Assembly: GCA_051748005.1 (NCBI GenBank)
Contig: JBNJGW010000004.1
Location: 211-64,210 of the forward strand
Origin: Pseudomonadota bacterium
GTDB lineage: Bacteria > Pseudomonadota > Gammaproteobacteria > Pseudomonadales > Halomonadaceae
Length of the DNA stretch: 64,000 nt
Reading direction: 5' to 3'
Numbering within the stretch: position 1 is the first letter of the stretch; each line of letters begins with the position of its first letter. The notes under the pieces were generated by a model, which was not told the origin of the DNA, did not search any database, and worked only from the letters and a program-made list of their open reading frames with translations. Below are positions 39,427 through 48,548 of the stretch, in pieces. Made by a program: the position numbers and the translations under genes.

Positions 39427-40200
39427 ATGACACCGCTTATCGAAGTGGAGAACGTTAACAAGGCCTTTGGTGGCCTGAAAGTGATTAACGACTGTTCGAT
39501 TCAGGTCGCCAAAGGGTCGGTGACCGGCATGATTGGCCCCAACGGTGCGGGCAAGTCGACCCTGTTCAACCTGATTGCCGGTGCCTTGACACCCGATAGC
39601 GGGCAGATACGCCTGAATGGCGAGGAGATCAGCACCCTGAGTGCCGACCAGCGCTTCCACAAGGGCTTGCTGCGCACCTTTCAGATTGCCCATGAATTCA
39701 GCCATATGAGCGCCCTGGAAAACCTGATGATGGTGCCCGCCGGCCAACCCGGTGAAAACCTGTTTGCCACCTGGTTCAAGCCAGGTGTGGTGCGCGCCCA
39801 TGAGGCCGAGGTCAAGCGACGCGCCTTGGAAGTCATCGACTTTGTCGGGCTTTATCACGTACGCAACGAGCTGGCGGGCAACCTTTCCGGTGGCCAGAAG
39901 AAGCTCCTTGAGCTGGGCCGCACCATGATGACCGATGCCAAGGTCGTCCTGCTTGATGAAATTGCTGCCGGGGTCAACCGCACCCTGCTGGGGGATCTGA
40001 TCGGCAACATCGAACGCCTGAACCGTGAGATGGGCTATACCTTCCTGGTCATTGAACACGATATGGAAATGATCGCCCGCCTGTGTGATCCGGTGATTGT
40101 GCTCGCTCAGGGCAGCGTCATGATGGAGGGCAGTATCGAGGACGTACAGAACAACCCAGAGGTTATTGAAGCCTACTTTGGCGGCGGCACCGCAGCCTGA
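39427..40200 (+). CDS. Liv-type ABC transporter ATP-binding protein (LivG-like)
   Basis: GPNGAGKS, RTFQ, LSGGQ, LLDE, IEHDM, VIEAYFG. Confidence 0.93.
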   Translation: MTPLIEVENVNKAFGGLKVINDCSIQVAKGSVTGMIGPNGAGKSTLFNLIAGALTPDSGQIRLNGEEISTLSADQRFHKGLLRTFQIAHEFSHMSALENLMMVPAGQPGENLFATWFKPGVVRAHEAEVKRRALEVIDFVGLYHVRNELAGNLSGGQKKLLELGRTMMTDAKVVLLDEIAAGVNRTLLGDLIGNIERLNREMGYTFLVIEHDMEMIARLCDPVIVLAQGSVMMEGSIEDVQNNPEVIEAYFGGGTAA

Positions 40201-40260
40201 CCTGACGGCTCGCCTTGCCAGCCTTCATCACAACAACGTTTAGCGTGAGATAATCACAAG

Positions 40261-40965
40261 ATGCCATTACTAGAAGCGCGTGACGTGCACGGTGGCTACG
40301 GCGGCATGAACATCCTCAATGGGGTCAACATGCTGTTGGAGGCCAATCAAGTCGGTGTCATTGTCGGCCCAAACGGGGCTGGTAAATCGACCATGCTGAA
40401 AGCCGTCTTTGGTCTTCTGCATGTCAATCAGGGCGATATTCTGCTCCACGGCGAACCCATCCAGAACCTCGCCCCCAACAAGCTGGTTCAGCGCGGCATG
40501 GGGTTCGTGCCCCAGGAAAAGAATGTTTTCCCCAGCCTCTCAGTTGAGGAAAACCTGGAAATGGGCGCCTTTCTGAAACCTGCCAACGTCAAACGCATGC
40601 TGGCCAAGGTGTATGAGTTTTTCCCGCCGCTGGCTGAAAAGCGCCGCCAACCGGCAGGTGAACTATCCGGCGGCCAGCGCCAGATGGTCGCCATGGGTCG
40701 CGCGCTGATGGCCGAGCCAACGCTGCTGTTGCTGGATGAGCCTACGGCAGGACTCTCACCGCTTTACATGAACGAGATTTTTGACCGGGTCAAGGAAATC
40801 AATGCCGCAGGCGTGGGCATTCTGATGGTCGAACAGAATGCCAAGCAGGCCCTTGCGATTGCCGATAAAGGCTTTGTTCTGGCCGCCGGGCAAAACCGCT
40901 TTACAGATACCGGAGCGGCACTGCTTGCCGACCCGGATGTCGCCAAAAGCTTTTTGGGCGGCTAG
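40261..40965 (+). CDS. Liv-type ABC transporter ATP-binding protein (LivF-like)
   Basis: GPNGAGKS, LSVEENLEMG, LSGGQ, LLDEP, MVEQNA. Confidence 0.93.
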   Translation: MPLLEARDVHGGYGGMNILNGVNMLLEANQVGVIVGPNGAGKSTMLKAVFGLLHVNQGDILLHGEPIQNLAPNKLVQRGMGFVPQEKNVFPSLSVEENLEMGAFLKPANVKRMLAKVYEFFPPLAEKRRQPAGELSGGQRQMVAMGRALMAEPTLLLLDEPTAGLSPLYMNEIFDRVKEINAAGVGILMVEQNAKQALAIADKGFVLAAGQNRFTDTGAALLADPDVAKSFLGG

Positions 40966-40981
40966 CCCGGGAGAGATAGGT

Positions 40982-41986
40982 GTGAACGAACTGGTCTTCT
41001 TTATCAATAATGTGATTATTTCCGGCAGTGTGACCGGCTCCATCTATGCCATTGGCGCCATCGGGGTCACGCTGATTTTCAGTATCATGCGCTTTGCCCA
41101 CTTTGCCCATGCCGACATGATGACCTTTGGTGCCTTTATGGTGCTGCTGCTGACCGCCGCTTTTCCGGCAGCGGGTGCCAGCCTTGGAGTCCCCACGCCC
41201 CTTATCATGCTACCCCTGGCCATGGTGCTGACCGCCGCCCTGGCCGTGGGTATCGATAAAGCCTTCTACAAGCCGTTACGCGCTCACGGGGTCAAGCCGA
41301 TTGTATTGGTGATTGGCTCCCTGGGCGTCACCCTGATGCTGCAGGGCCTGATTCGACTGTTCGCAGGTACCGGCGGGCAAAGCCTTTACGTGGATGATCG
41401 CAAGGAAATTTTTCGCCTGGCGGTGCCCTTTGAAGGCGTCAGAGCGCCGATTGTGATCACCGAACCCCAGATCTACCTGTTTATCCTGACGCTGATAGCC
41501 GTTGTTGCCCTGCACCTGTTCCTCAGCCGCTCGCGGCTGGGCAAGGCCATGCGCGCCATGTCGGACAACCCCGAGTTGGCCCAGGCATCCGGCATCAACA
41601 CTCAGATGATTGTCGCCGTGACCTGGGTGATTGCCGGTGGCCTGGCGGCCATTGCCGGCACCCTTCTCGCCCTGGATGTGACCTTCAAGCCGGATCTGAG
41701 CTTCTTTATCCTGTTGCCGATCTTCGCTGCCGCCATTGTCGGCGGTGTGGGGCATCCTTACGGCGCGATTGCCGGGGGGTTTGTGGTCGGCTTTGCCGAA
41801 ACCCTGGCGGTATTCAACTGGAACATTCTGTTAAGACCCTTTCAGGACAGCCTGCCCGCCTGGCTGGAACTGCCCAGCAACCTGGCATTTGTGAGCAGTG
41901 AGTACAAGATAGTCGTGCCGTTTTTCATCCTCGTTGCCATCCTGGTGTGGCGCCCGACCGGACTCTTCAAGGGTAAGGTGATCTGA
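40982..41986 (+). CDS. Liv-type ABC transporter permease (LivH-like)
   Basis: GTG start after GGAGAG; GSIYAIGAIGVTLIF, HFAHAD, SRLGKAMRA, RPTGLF. Confidence 0.92.
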   Translation: MNELVFFINNVIISGSVTGSIYAIGAIGVTLIFSIMRFAHFAHADMMTFGAFMVLLLTAAFPAAGASLGVPTPLIMLPLAMVLTAALAVGIDKAFYKPLRAHGVKPIVLVIGSLGVTLMLQGLIRLFAGTGGQSLYVDDRKEIFRLAVPFEGVRAPIVITEPQIYLFILTLIAVVALHLFLSRSRLGKAMRAMSDNPELAQASGINTQMIVAVTWVIAGGLAAIAGTLLALDVTFKPDLSFFILLPIFAAAIVGGVGHPYGAIAGGFVVGFAETLAVFNWNILLRPFQDSLPAWLELPSNLAFVSSEYKIVVPFFILVAILVWRPTGLFKGKVI

Positions 41987-43317
41987 TGACAACTCCTCGT
42001 ACGCAACCCTCTCGGGATACCGCCAACACCCCTCGTGAAGCGACACCCGCGCGCAGCTTCCCGTTGCGCGAGGTCGTGCTCTTCTGTGTCCTGCTGGCTG
42101 CCGTTCTGGGCGTTTATGCCATGATGGGCGCGGCCTACAGCACGCGCATGCTGGTGGAAGCCGCCTGTTACGCCATTCTTGCTCTCGGCCTGACCATACA
42201 GTGGGGCTACGCCGGCCAGTTCAACGCTGGTGTGATGGGCTTTGTCGCCCTGGGCGGCTTTTCTGCCATGCTGTTCAGCGTGCCGGTCAACGAGGATTTC
42301 TGGGGAACAGCGCTGCCCGGCGAACTTGGCCGGGTGCTGCTTTACGGCGCCGCCGCCATTATGGTGGTGTTTGGCGTTTCCCGACTTGACCGACTCGGTG
42401 TGCCCAGAAAGCTGCGCACCCTGCTCACAGTTCTGCTGGCGGTGGTGCTGTATCTGCTAGTGATCAGCCAGCTGCGTGAGGTCACCGGGCAGATAGAAGA
42501 TACCGCTGGCTTTATCGGCGGTTTCGGCCTGCCTGCCTGGACAGGCTGGATTGTCGGCGGCGCCCTGGCCGGTGGTGTGGGTTATTTTATCGGCCATGTA
42601 TGCCTTGGGCTGCGCAGCGATTACCTGGCGATTGCCACCCTCGGCATCGCTGAAATCATCAAGGCGTTTCTGAAAAATTCCGACTGGCTGACCCGCGGCA
42701 CTGCCACTGTGTCGCCACTGCCCTGGCCAACCCCGGGACCGTCAGAGATTGGCTTTACCCTGGCCCGCGCCGTGTACCTGTCGATGACCGCCGTCATCAT
42801 TGCGATTATTTTCTTCCTGCTGCACCGTGCCTACCACGCCCCCTGGGGACGAATGGTACGGGCCATCCGCGACAACGAGATTTCCTCGGCGGCCATGGGC
42901 AAGGATATCAACCGCCGACGCCTGGAAATCTTTGTGCTTGGCTGCATATTGATGGGCCTGGGCGGCGGCATCCTCGGCACCTTCAACAGCCTGTTTGACC
43001 CTAACGGCTACCTGCCCCTGAACCATACCTTTCTGGTACTGGTCATGGTGATTCTGGGTGGGCCGGGTAACAACCTGGGCACGATCTTTGGTGCCGTTGC
43101 CGTCTATATCATCTGGCTGATGTCTGAACCCCTGGCCCTGTTTCTGATGGAAATCTTTGTCAGCCTTGGTGAAGGAGCCTTCGGCTGGGAAGCGCCCAGC
43201 AACATGGATAGCCGCGCCCTGCAGGCCCGGGTACTGGTGATCGGACTGCTGATTACTCTGGTACTGCGCTTTGCCCCTAAAGGCCTGCTACCAGAAAAAA
43301 TCACCCATCACGGTTAG
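41986..43317 (+). CDS. Liv-type ABC transporter permease (LivM-like)
   Basis: WGYAGQFNAG, LRSDYLAIATLG, PWGRMVRAIRDNE, PKGLLP. Confidence 0.92.
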   Translation: MTTPRTQPSRDTANTPREATPARSFPLREVVLFCVLLAAVLGVYAMMGAAYSTRMLVEAACYAILALGLTIQWGYAGQFNAGVMGFVALGGFSAMLFSVPVNEDFWGTALPGELGRVLLYGAAAIMVVFGVSRLDRLGVPRKLRTLLTVLLAVVLYLLVISQLREVTGQIEDTAGFIGGFGLPAWTGWIVGGALAGGVGYFIGHVCLGLRSDYLAIATLGIAEIIKAFLKNSDWLTRGTATVSPLPWPTPGPSEIGFTLARAVYLSMTAVIIAIIFFLLHRAYHAPWGRMVRAIRDNEISSAAMGKDINRRRLEIFVLGCILMGLGGGILGTFNSLFDPNGYLPLNHTFLVLVMVILGGPGNNLGTIFGAVAVYIIWLMSEPLALFLMEIFVSLGEGAFGWEAPSNMDSRALQARVLVIGLLITLVLRFAPKGLLPEKITHHG

Positions 43318-43385
43318 AGACTGCCATCAACATCCACCGCAAAAATGCAATCGCCCTTGGCCTGGTCATTCTTTGGGCGATTGCC

Positions 43386-43913
43386 ATGGTATTTATATTC
43401 TGGCATTTCATGTATCGCGATATCGGTCGTTTTAGCGCCGAAAACGAGCGTCTGGCCAGCTTTGATGCCAATGCATTAGCGGCATTTTCTCCCGGCGCTC
43501 CACAAGGCCGTGCCCATGTTGTGCACTTCTGGAATCCCGACTGCGCATGCAACCGTTTCAATCGGGCGCATACCTTGAGCATCATGGAAGACTATCGGCC
43601 TTTGGGGGTTACCTTCAGTGTCGCCGTGCCTCATCCACGCCATCAAGAGTCTGCATTACAGCGCTTTCCTCAGGCTAAAGAAGTCATTGTCGCTGCCGAT
43701 ATAAACAGAGCCAGCAGTCCCGCATCCGCAGTATTTGATGCTCTAGGGCAACTCGTCTATTTCGGCCCCTACAGTGAAGGTGCTTTCTGCGCCGATGAAG
43801 ACGGTACTCCCGTAGAGCTGATGCTGGATGAGCTGCTCAACACAGGCCGCACAACCCCCTGGCTGAACCTTGCAGCTATTGGCTGCTACTGCCCTTGGCC
43901 TGCAAACACCTGA
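43386..43913 (+). CDS. Membrane-anchored thioredoxin-like Cys-rich protein (DUF6436-like); true start probably upstream (~43326)
   Basis: VVHFWNPDCACNRF, SPASAVFD..GQLVYFGPYS.GAFC, IGCYCPW. Confidence 0.75.
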   Translation: MVFIFWHFMYRDIGRFSAENERLASFDANALAAFSPGAPQGRAHVVHFWNPDCACNRFNRAHTLSIMEDYRPLGVTFSVAVPHPRHQESALQRFPQAKEVIVAADINRASSPASAVFDALGQLVYFGPYSEGAFCADEDGTPVELMLDELLNTGRTTPWLNLAAIGCYCPWPANT

Positions 43914-43922
43914 ACGCTTTGC

Positions 43923-45242
43923 ATGGGAATCCTCTTATTTATGCAGTGGTACCAACTCACTCCTTCGCTGTTCGCAGATTATTGGCGCGGCGCCAACCGT
44001 TTCATGCTGATTGTGCTGATCGCCCAGGGCATCATGGGATTGGCGCTTTCCATCTGGTATTCCACCTGGCTGGTCGCTCTGCTGGTGGTGGTACCTACTG
44101 TCGCCCTGGGTGCCTTTCTGGCCCTTACCCAGGGTGAACAGCTGCTGACCCGGCTGTTTATGGGGGCCGCCTTTATGGTCATGGCTGGGCTGCATATTCA
44201 TCAGGGGCACGGCTTGATTGAAATGCACTTTGGCATCTTTGTGTTTCTGGCCATCCTGCTTTACTACCGCGACTGGCGGGTGATTGTGCTGGCGGCGGTG
44301 GTGATCCTGGTTCACCACCTGGCTTTCAATATTCTCCAGGCACAGGGCTATGGCGTCTGGTTGTTCCCTGAAGCGAGTTTCTCCATGGTCGTTGTTCACG
44401 GCGCCTATGTGGTGTTTGAAACCTTGGTACTGGTGATTCTGGCCAACTTCATGGCCGGTGAGTTCATCCGCTCAAACGATGCGCTGCGCACCAGCGAAGA
44501 ACTCGGCGAAGAGCTGACCCACCAGCGTTCAGCGCTGCTTGGCGAGGTAGGCGGCGCAGTGAATGATATTGTCGACCTCAATGGCAAGATTGCTGATGTC
44601 TCTGAACGGCTGACCTCAGCGACTAACCAGCAGGCCGCCAATATCGAGGAAACCACCGCTTCACTTAACCAGATCAGCGCTTCCATCGCGCAAAGCGCCG
44701 ACAACGCCAGGGAAACGGAAAAGATAGCGGAACAGGCCGCCCAGGAAGCACAGACCAGCGAAGCCACAGTGAACAAAACCCTGGAGGCCATGCGAGCGAT
44801 TGCTGACAAGGTCAAGATTATTGACGACATCGCCTTTCAGACCAACCTGCTGGCCCTGAACGCCTCGGTTGAAGCCGCGCGTGCCGGCGAACAGGGCAGA
44901 GGCTTTGCAGTCGTGGCCAGTGAAGTGCGCAAACTGGCCGAAAGCAGCCAGAAGGCAGCGCATGAAATTGGCGAGATGTCGACGTCTTCAGTGACGACAG
45001 CTGAACAGGCCGGTGAACTGCTCAAGCGCCTGTCACCGTCGATTGGCCGCACGGCCACCCTGGTCAAGGATATCGCGACCGCCAGCCATGAGCAGTCTCA
45101 GGGAGTCGATCAGATCAATGACGCCACCCATGAAATGAACCAGAGTGCGCATAACAACGCGCGCCTGTCTGAAGAGCTGAAAACGGCCGCTACTGAAATG
45201 CAGAAAGTTGCCGACATGCTGCATCGTCAGATGGACGCTTGA
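43923..45242 (+). CDS. Methyl-accepting chemotaxis protein with multi-TM His-rich sensor
   Basis: [37 protein letters not shown]; N-terminal ~180 aa hydrophobic with HIHQ, EMHF, YRDW, HH. Confidence 0.95.
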   Translation: MGILLFMQWYQLTPSLFADYWRGANRFMLIVLIAQGIMGLALSIWYSTWLVALLVVVPTVALGAFLALTQGEQLLTRLFMGAAFMVMAGLHIHQGHGLIEMHFGIFVFLAILLYYRDWRVIVLAAVVILVHHLAFNILQAQGYGVWLFPEASFSMVVVHGAYVVFETLVLVILANFMAGEFIRSNDALRTSEELGEELTHQRSALLGEVGGAVNDIVDLNGKIADVSERLTSATNQQAANIEETTASLNQISASIAQSADNARETEKIAEQAAQEAQTSEATVNKTLEAMRAIADKVKIIDDIAFQTNLLALNASVEAARAGEQGRGFAVVASEVRKLAESSQKAAHEIGEMSTSSVTTAEQAGELLKRLSPSIGRTATLVKDIATASHEQSQGVDQINDATHEMNQSAHNNARLSEELKTAATEMQKVADMLHRQMDA

Positions 45243-45264
45243 GCGTCCCGGTCAGGCCAACAGA

Positions 45265-45300
45265 AAATACCCCCTGACGCACCTGCGCCAAGGGGTATTC
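45265..45300. terminator. Hairpin between convergent MCP and binding-protein genes
   Basis: AATACCCC-CTGACGC-ACCT-GCGCCAA-GGGGTATT. Confidence 0.65.
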
Positions 45301-45375
45301 ATTGGTGGCTGATATGTGAATCTCTGCAGGCAGCTAACCCTTACAGGCAGGCCGCCTGCATCAACAGGCCTGAAA

Positions 45376-46584
45376 TCAGAGGTCTACAAACCCCTTATTG
45401 GTGAAGGTACCGTCTTCCACCACCATCTCGACCACTACGCCCGGCACGTCACCGTTTTCATCAAACTCGTGAGTACCGGACGCCCCTTCGTAGTTGATCT
45501 CGGTGCCAGCGGCAATCAGCTCAACGGCTTTTTCCCACTCACCGGGCAGAATGACCTCGCCCGGTGCGCTGGAAACGCTGCGCAGGGCCTCAGAAAGTCC
45601 TTCACGCTCAGCGCTGCCATTCTGCTCAATGGCCAGGGCAATCAGGAAAGCGGCATCATAGGCTTGAGCGGCAAAGACTGAGCTTGGGTCATAACCGGCT
45701 TCTTCGGCTGCCTCTTCAAAGATGTCAGTGCCTGGCAAATCCGGGCTGCCTGGCCGAGTGGCAATCATGCCATCCAGCACGTCCGCACCAATCGCTTCAA
45801 TCAGGCTGTCACCCACCATGCCGTCAGCACCAACATACTGGGTAAACATGCCGCCTTCATAGGCCTGGCGCAGCACTGTCTGCCCAGAAGTATCCGCATA
45901 GGCAAGCACGACTAGGGTCTCGGCACCGCTGACCGACAGAGAACCCAGCTCGGAACGATAATCGGAGCGGTTATCCTCATGCCCCAGGCTTTCAGCAATG
46001 GTGCCACCGCCGCCTTCAAACGCCGTGGTAAAAGCATCGGAAAGACCGCTGCCATAGTCATTGTTGACATAGGTGACTGCCACATAATCAATGCCTTTAT
46101 CCAGCAGCAGCTTGGCCAGCATTTCACCCTGGAAGGCATCGGAAGGCACGGTGCGGAAAACCAGGTCGTTATCGTCAATTTCGGTGACTGCCGGGGCTGT
46201 CGAGGCTGGCGAGACCATCAGCACACCCCCGGGCACGGCAGCGTTATTGGCTGCGGCGATGGTCGCACCGGTACACAGGGCACCCACAATAGCAGTAACT
46301 TCCTCGGTATTGACCATACGGTCTGCCGCGTTGGAGGCCGCTGAGGCATCTGAACAGGTGGTGTCGCCGGTTGGCATCACCAGCTCCTCGCCACCCAGCA
46401 GCCCTCCCTGGGCATTCACCTGTTCAACGGCCAGACGGGCACCATCGAGAATCGGCGGCGTCAGGCTCTCGATGCCTCCAGTGAAGCCACCCAGAAAACC
46501 GACCTTGACTTCCGCATTGGCCATGCCCGTCAGCGCCAGCGTGGAGGCGGCGACAGCACTTGCAAGTAAGCGTTTGTTTATCAT
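45376..46584 (-). CDS. ABC transporter substrate-binding protein (LivK-like, type 1 PBP)
   Basis: Signal peptide MINKRLLASAVAAS..ANA; VSPASTAP, FRTVPSD, NNDYG, AQAYDAA; very acidic. Confidence 0.92.
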   Translation of the reverse strand: MINKRLLASAVAASTLALTGMANAEVKVGFLGGFTGGIESLTPPILDGARLAVEQVNAQGGLLGGEELVMPTGDTTCSDASAASNAADRMVNTEEVTAIVGALCTGATIAAANNAAVPGGVLMVSPASTAPAVTEIDDNDLVFRTVPSDAFQGEMLAKLLLDKGIDYVAVTYVNNDYGSGLSDAFTTAFEGGGGTIAESLGHEDNRSDYRSELGSLSVSGAETLVVLAYADTSGQTVLRQAYEGGMFTQYVGADGMVGDSLIEAIGADVLDGMIATRPGSPDLPGTDIFEEAAEEAGYDPSSVFAAQAYDAAFLIALAIEQNGSAEREGLSEALRSVSSAPGEVILPGEWEKAVELIAAGTEINYEGASGTHEFDENGDVPGVVVEMVVEDGTFTNKGFVDL

Positions 46585-46773
46585 CTTGTTTGGCGCTCCT
46601 GTTGTTAAGTCCAAGTAGTCAGCTCAAGTAGCAAGCCCACCTACCCCGCATACGTTAGGGTTGATGGATCAAGAAAAACTGCCTGTATCAAATTTGAAAC
46701 TAAATCCAACAAAACACAACTGCCTTTTTTAACGTTAGGCCCGATACCTCAAACGCGAGCGCTTCTTCAACCA

Positions 46774-48237
46774 CTAGGCAGCCCAGCCAAAGCCCAGGAT
46801 CGGCATGGCCAACGCAAACATCGCCAGGCAAATGGTCACGACCGCAATCACACTCATCACCGCACCGGCACGCAGCATATCCAGCACGCGCACCTTGCCA
46901 CTGGCAAACACCACCGCATTCGGCGGGGTGGCCACCGGCAGCATAAAGGCGCAGGACGCGGCCATCGCCACCGGCACCGCCAGCAGTAGTGGGCTGGCAT
47001 CCAGGCTGACTGTCAGCGCCGCCGTCAACGGCAGAATGGCCGCCGCGGTGGCGCTATTGCTGGTCACGTGGCTCATCGACATAACGATCACTACCACCAT
47101 CAGGATCATCGCCCAGGTGGGCCAACTGCCAAATACCGCCAGTCCATTGGCGACGATGCTGGCAAGCCCGGAGCTTTCAATCGCAGTACCCAGGCTCAAG
47201 CCGCCGCCGACCAGCAGCAGCACACCCCAGGGCAGATTCTTGGCACTGTCCCAATCAAGCAGGAACTGGCGCTGGCCCCAGCGCGCCGGCACCACAAACA
47301 GCAAGAGGGCGCCAATCACGGCAATACCACCATCGCTCAGCGTCAGCCCGCTCCATTGCTCCAGCAAGGGGCGAGTAATCCAGGCCAGGGCAACCAGGGC
47401 AAACACCAGCGCTACGCGCATTTCCGGGCCACTCATGCGGCCCAGGTCCTGTGCCTGCTGGGTGAGCATGGCGCTGATGCCATTGAGCCGTGAATGAGGC
47501 ACCGGGTAGAGGCGATAGGTCAGCAGCCACCAGGCAGCCACCAGCATCAGCAGCGCCGGGGGAATAGCCACCAGCATCCACTGGGCAAAGCCGATGTTGA
47601 TACCATAATTATCACCGATAAAACCGGCCAGCAGCGCATTGGGTGGCGTACCAATCAGAGTGCCCATACCGCCAATATTGGCGGCCAGGGCAATACCCAG
47701 CATCAGGCACAGCCCGACCGCTCGCTGCTGTGGCATATCCAGCTCGTCATTACGTTCCAGCAGCGACAGCACGGAAATCCCGATGGGCACCATCAGGGCG
47801 GCAGTCGCCGTATTACTCACCCACATGCTGAGAAAGGCCGTAGCAGCCATAAAACCGGCCACCAGGGTATCCGGCCGCTTGCCGGCCAGTGACAGCACGC
47901 CCAGAGCTATACGCCGATGCAGGTTCCAGCGCTGGATAGCTTCTGCCAGCATGAAGCCGCCGAGAAACAGGAAGATCAGCGGATTGGCGTAAGGCACTGC
48001 CGCCGCGCTGACATCGCCAACCCCCAGCAGGGGCAACAGGGCCACCGGCAACAGTGCCGTGACGGCCATCGGCACGGGTTCCAGAATCCACCACACGGCC
48101 ATCCACAGGGTAAGCGCCACCACGCTCCACGCAGGCGCCGGAATGTCGCCTGGCGCCCCCAGGCTCAACAGCAGCAGCGCCATGAGTGGACCCAGCAGCA
48201 AGCCGGTGGTGATTTTTGCTCGTTCAACCTTGTTCAC
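46774..48237 (-). CDS. DASS/SLC13 family anion:Na+ symporter
   Basis: SMWVSNTAT, GTLIGTPPNA, SNSATA, AFMLPVATPPNAVVF. Confidence 0.94.
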   Translation of the reverse strand: MNKVERAKITTGLLLGPLMALLLLSLGAPGDIPAPAWSVVALTLWMAVWWILEPVPMAVTALLPVALLPLLGVGDVSAAAVPYANPLIFLFLGGFMLAEAIQRWNLHRRIALGVLSLAGKRPDTLVAGFMAATAFLSMWVSNTATAALMVPIGISVLSLLERNDELDMPQQRAVGLCLMLGIALAANIGGMGTLIGTPPNALLAGFIGDNYGINIGFAQWMLVAIPPALLMLVAAWWLLTYRLYPVPHSRLNGISAMLTQQAQDLGRMSGPEMRVALVFALVALAWITRPLLEQWSGLTLSDGGIAVIGALLLFVVPARWGQRQFLLDWDSAKNLPWGVLLLVGGGLSLGTAIESSGLASIVANGLAVFGSWPTWAMILMVVVIVMSMSHVTSNSATAAAILPLTAALTVSLDASPLLLAVPVAMAASCAFMLPVATPPNAVVFASGKVRVLDMLRAGAVMSVIAVVTICLAMFALAMPILGFGWAA

Positions 48238-48464
48238 TCATCCTCCTGTTGGCGTGCCAATTGGCGTTTGCGCATCTTATTGCGCCGGTAAAGGCGTACC
48301 AGGGCAATCCACAGGGCAGCAGCAATCATCAGGGCCAGCGTGACCCCTTGCCACAGGCGCGCATTATCGCCAAGGGCTGTTTCAAAGGTGATAATCATCA
48401 TCAGACCAATTGCTTGTGACGCAATGGCCAGTGCTCTCAAGGTATCGAAGGGTTTCTGAGCCAT
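48234..48464 (-). CDS. Small two-TM hypothetical membrane protein
   Basis: MAQKPFDTLR..., 76 aa, SD GGAG, stop overlaps the DASS start (GTGA). Confidence 0.7.
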   Translation of the reverse strand: MAQKPFDTLRALAIASQAIGLMMIITFETALGDNARLWQGVTLALMIAAALWIALVRLYRRNKMRKRQLARQQEDE

Positions 48465-48548
48465 ATTTTCTCCGCATCTTAAGGGATGGCATGGTAGGGT
48501 TTCGCTGCGTTGAGTCACCCCTAGTGTAACGATTATTTGGAACAAATT

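Noticed and set aside
46661-46672. FNR/Anr box
   Set aside because: TTGAT and ATCAA are separated by 2 nt, not the required 4.
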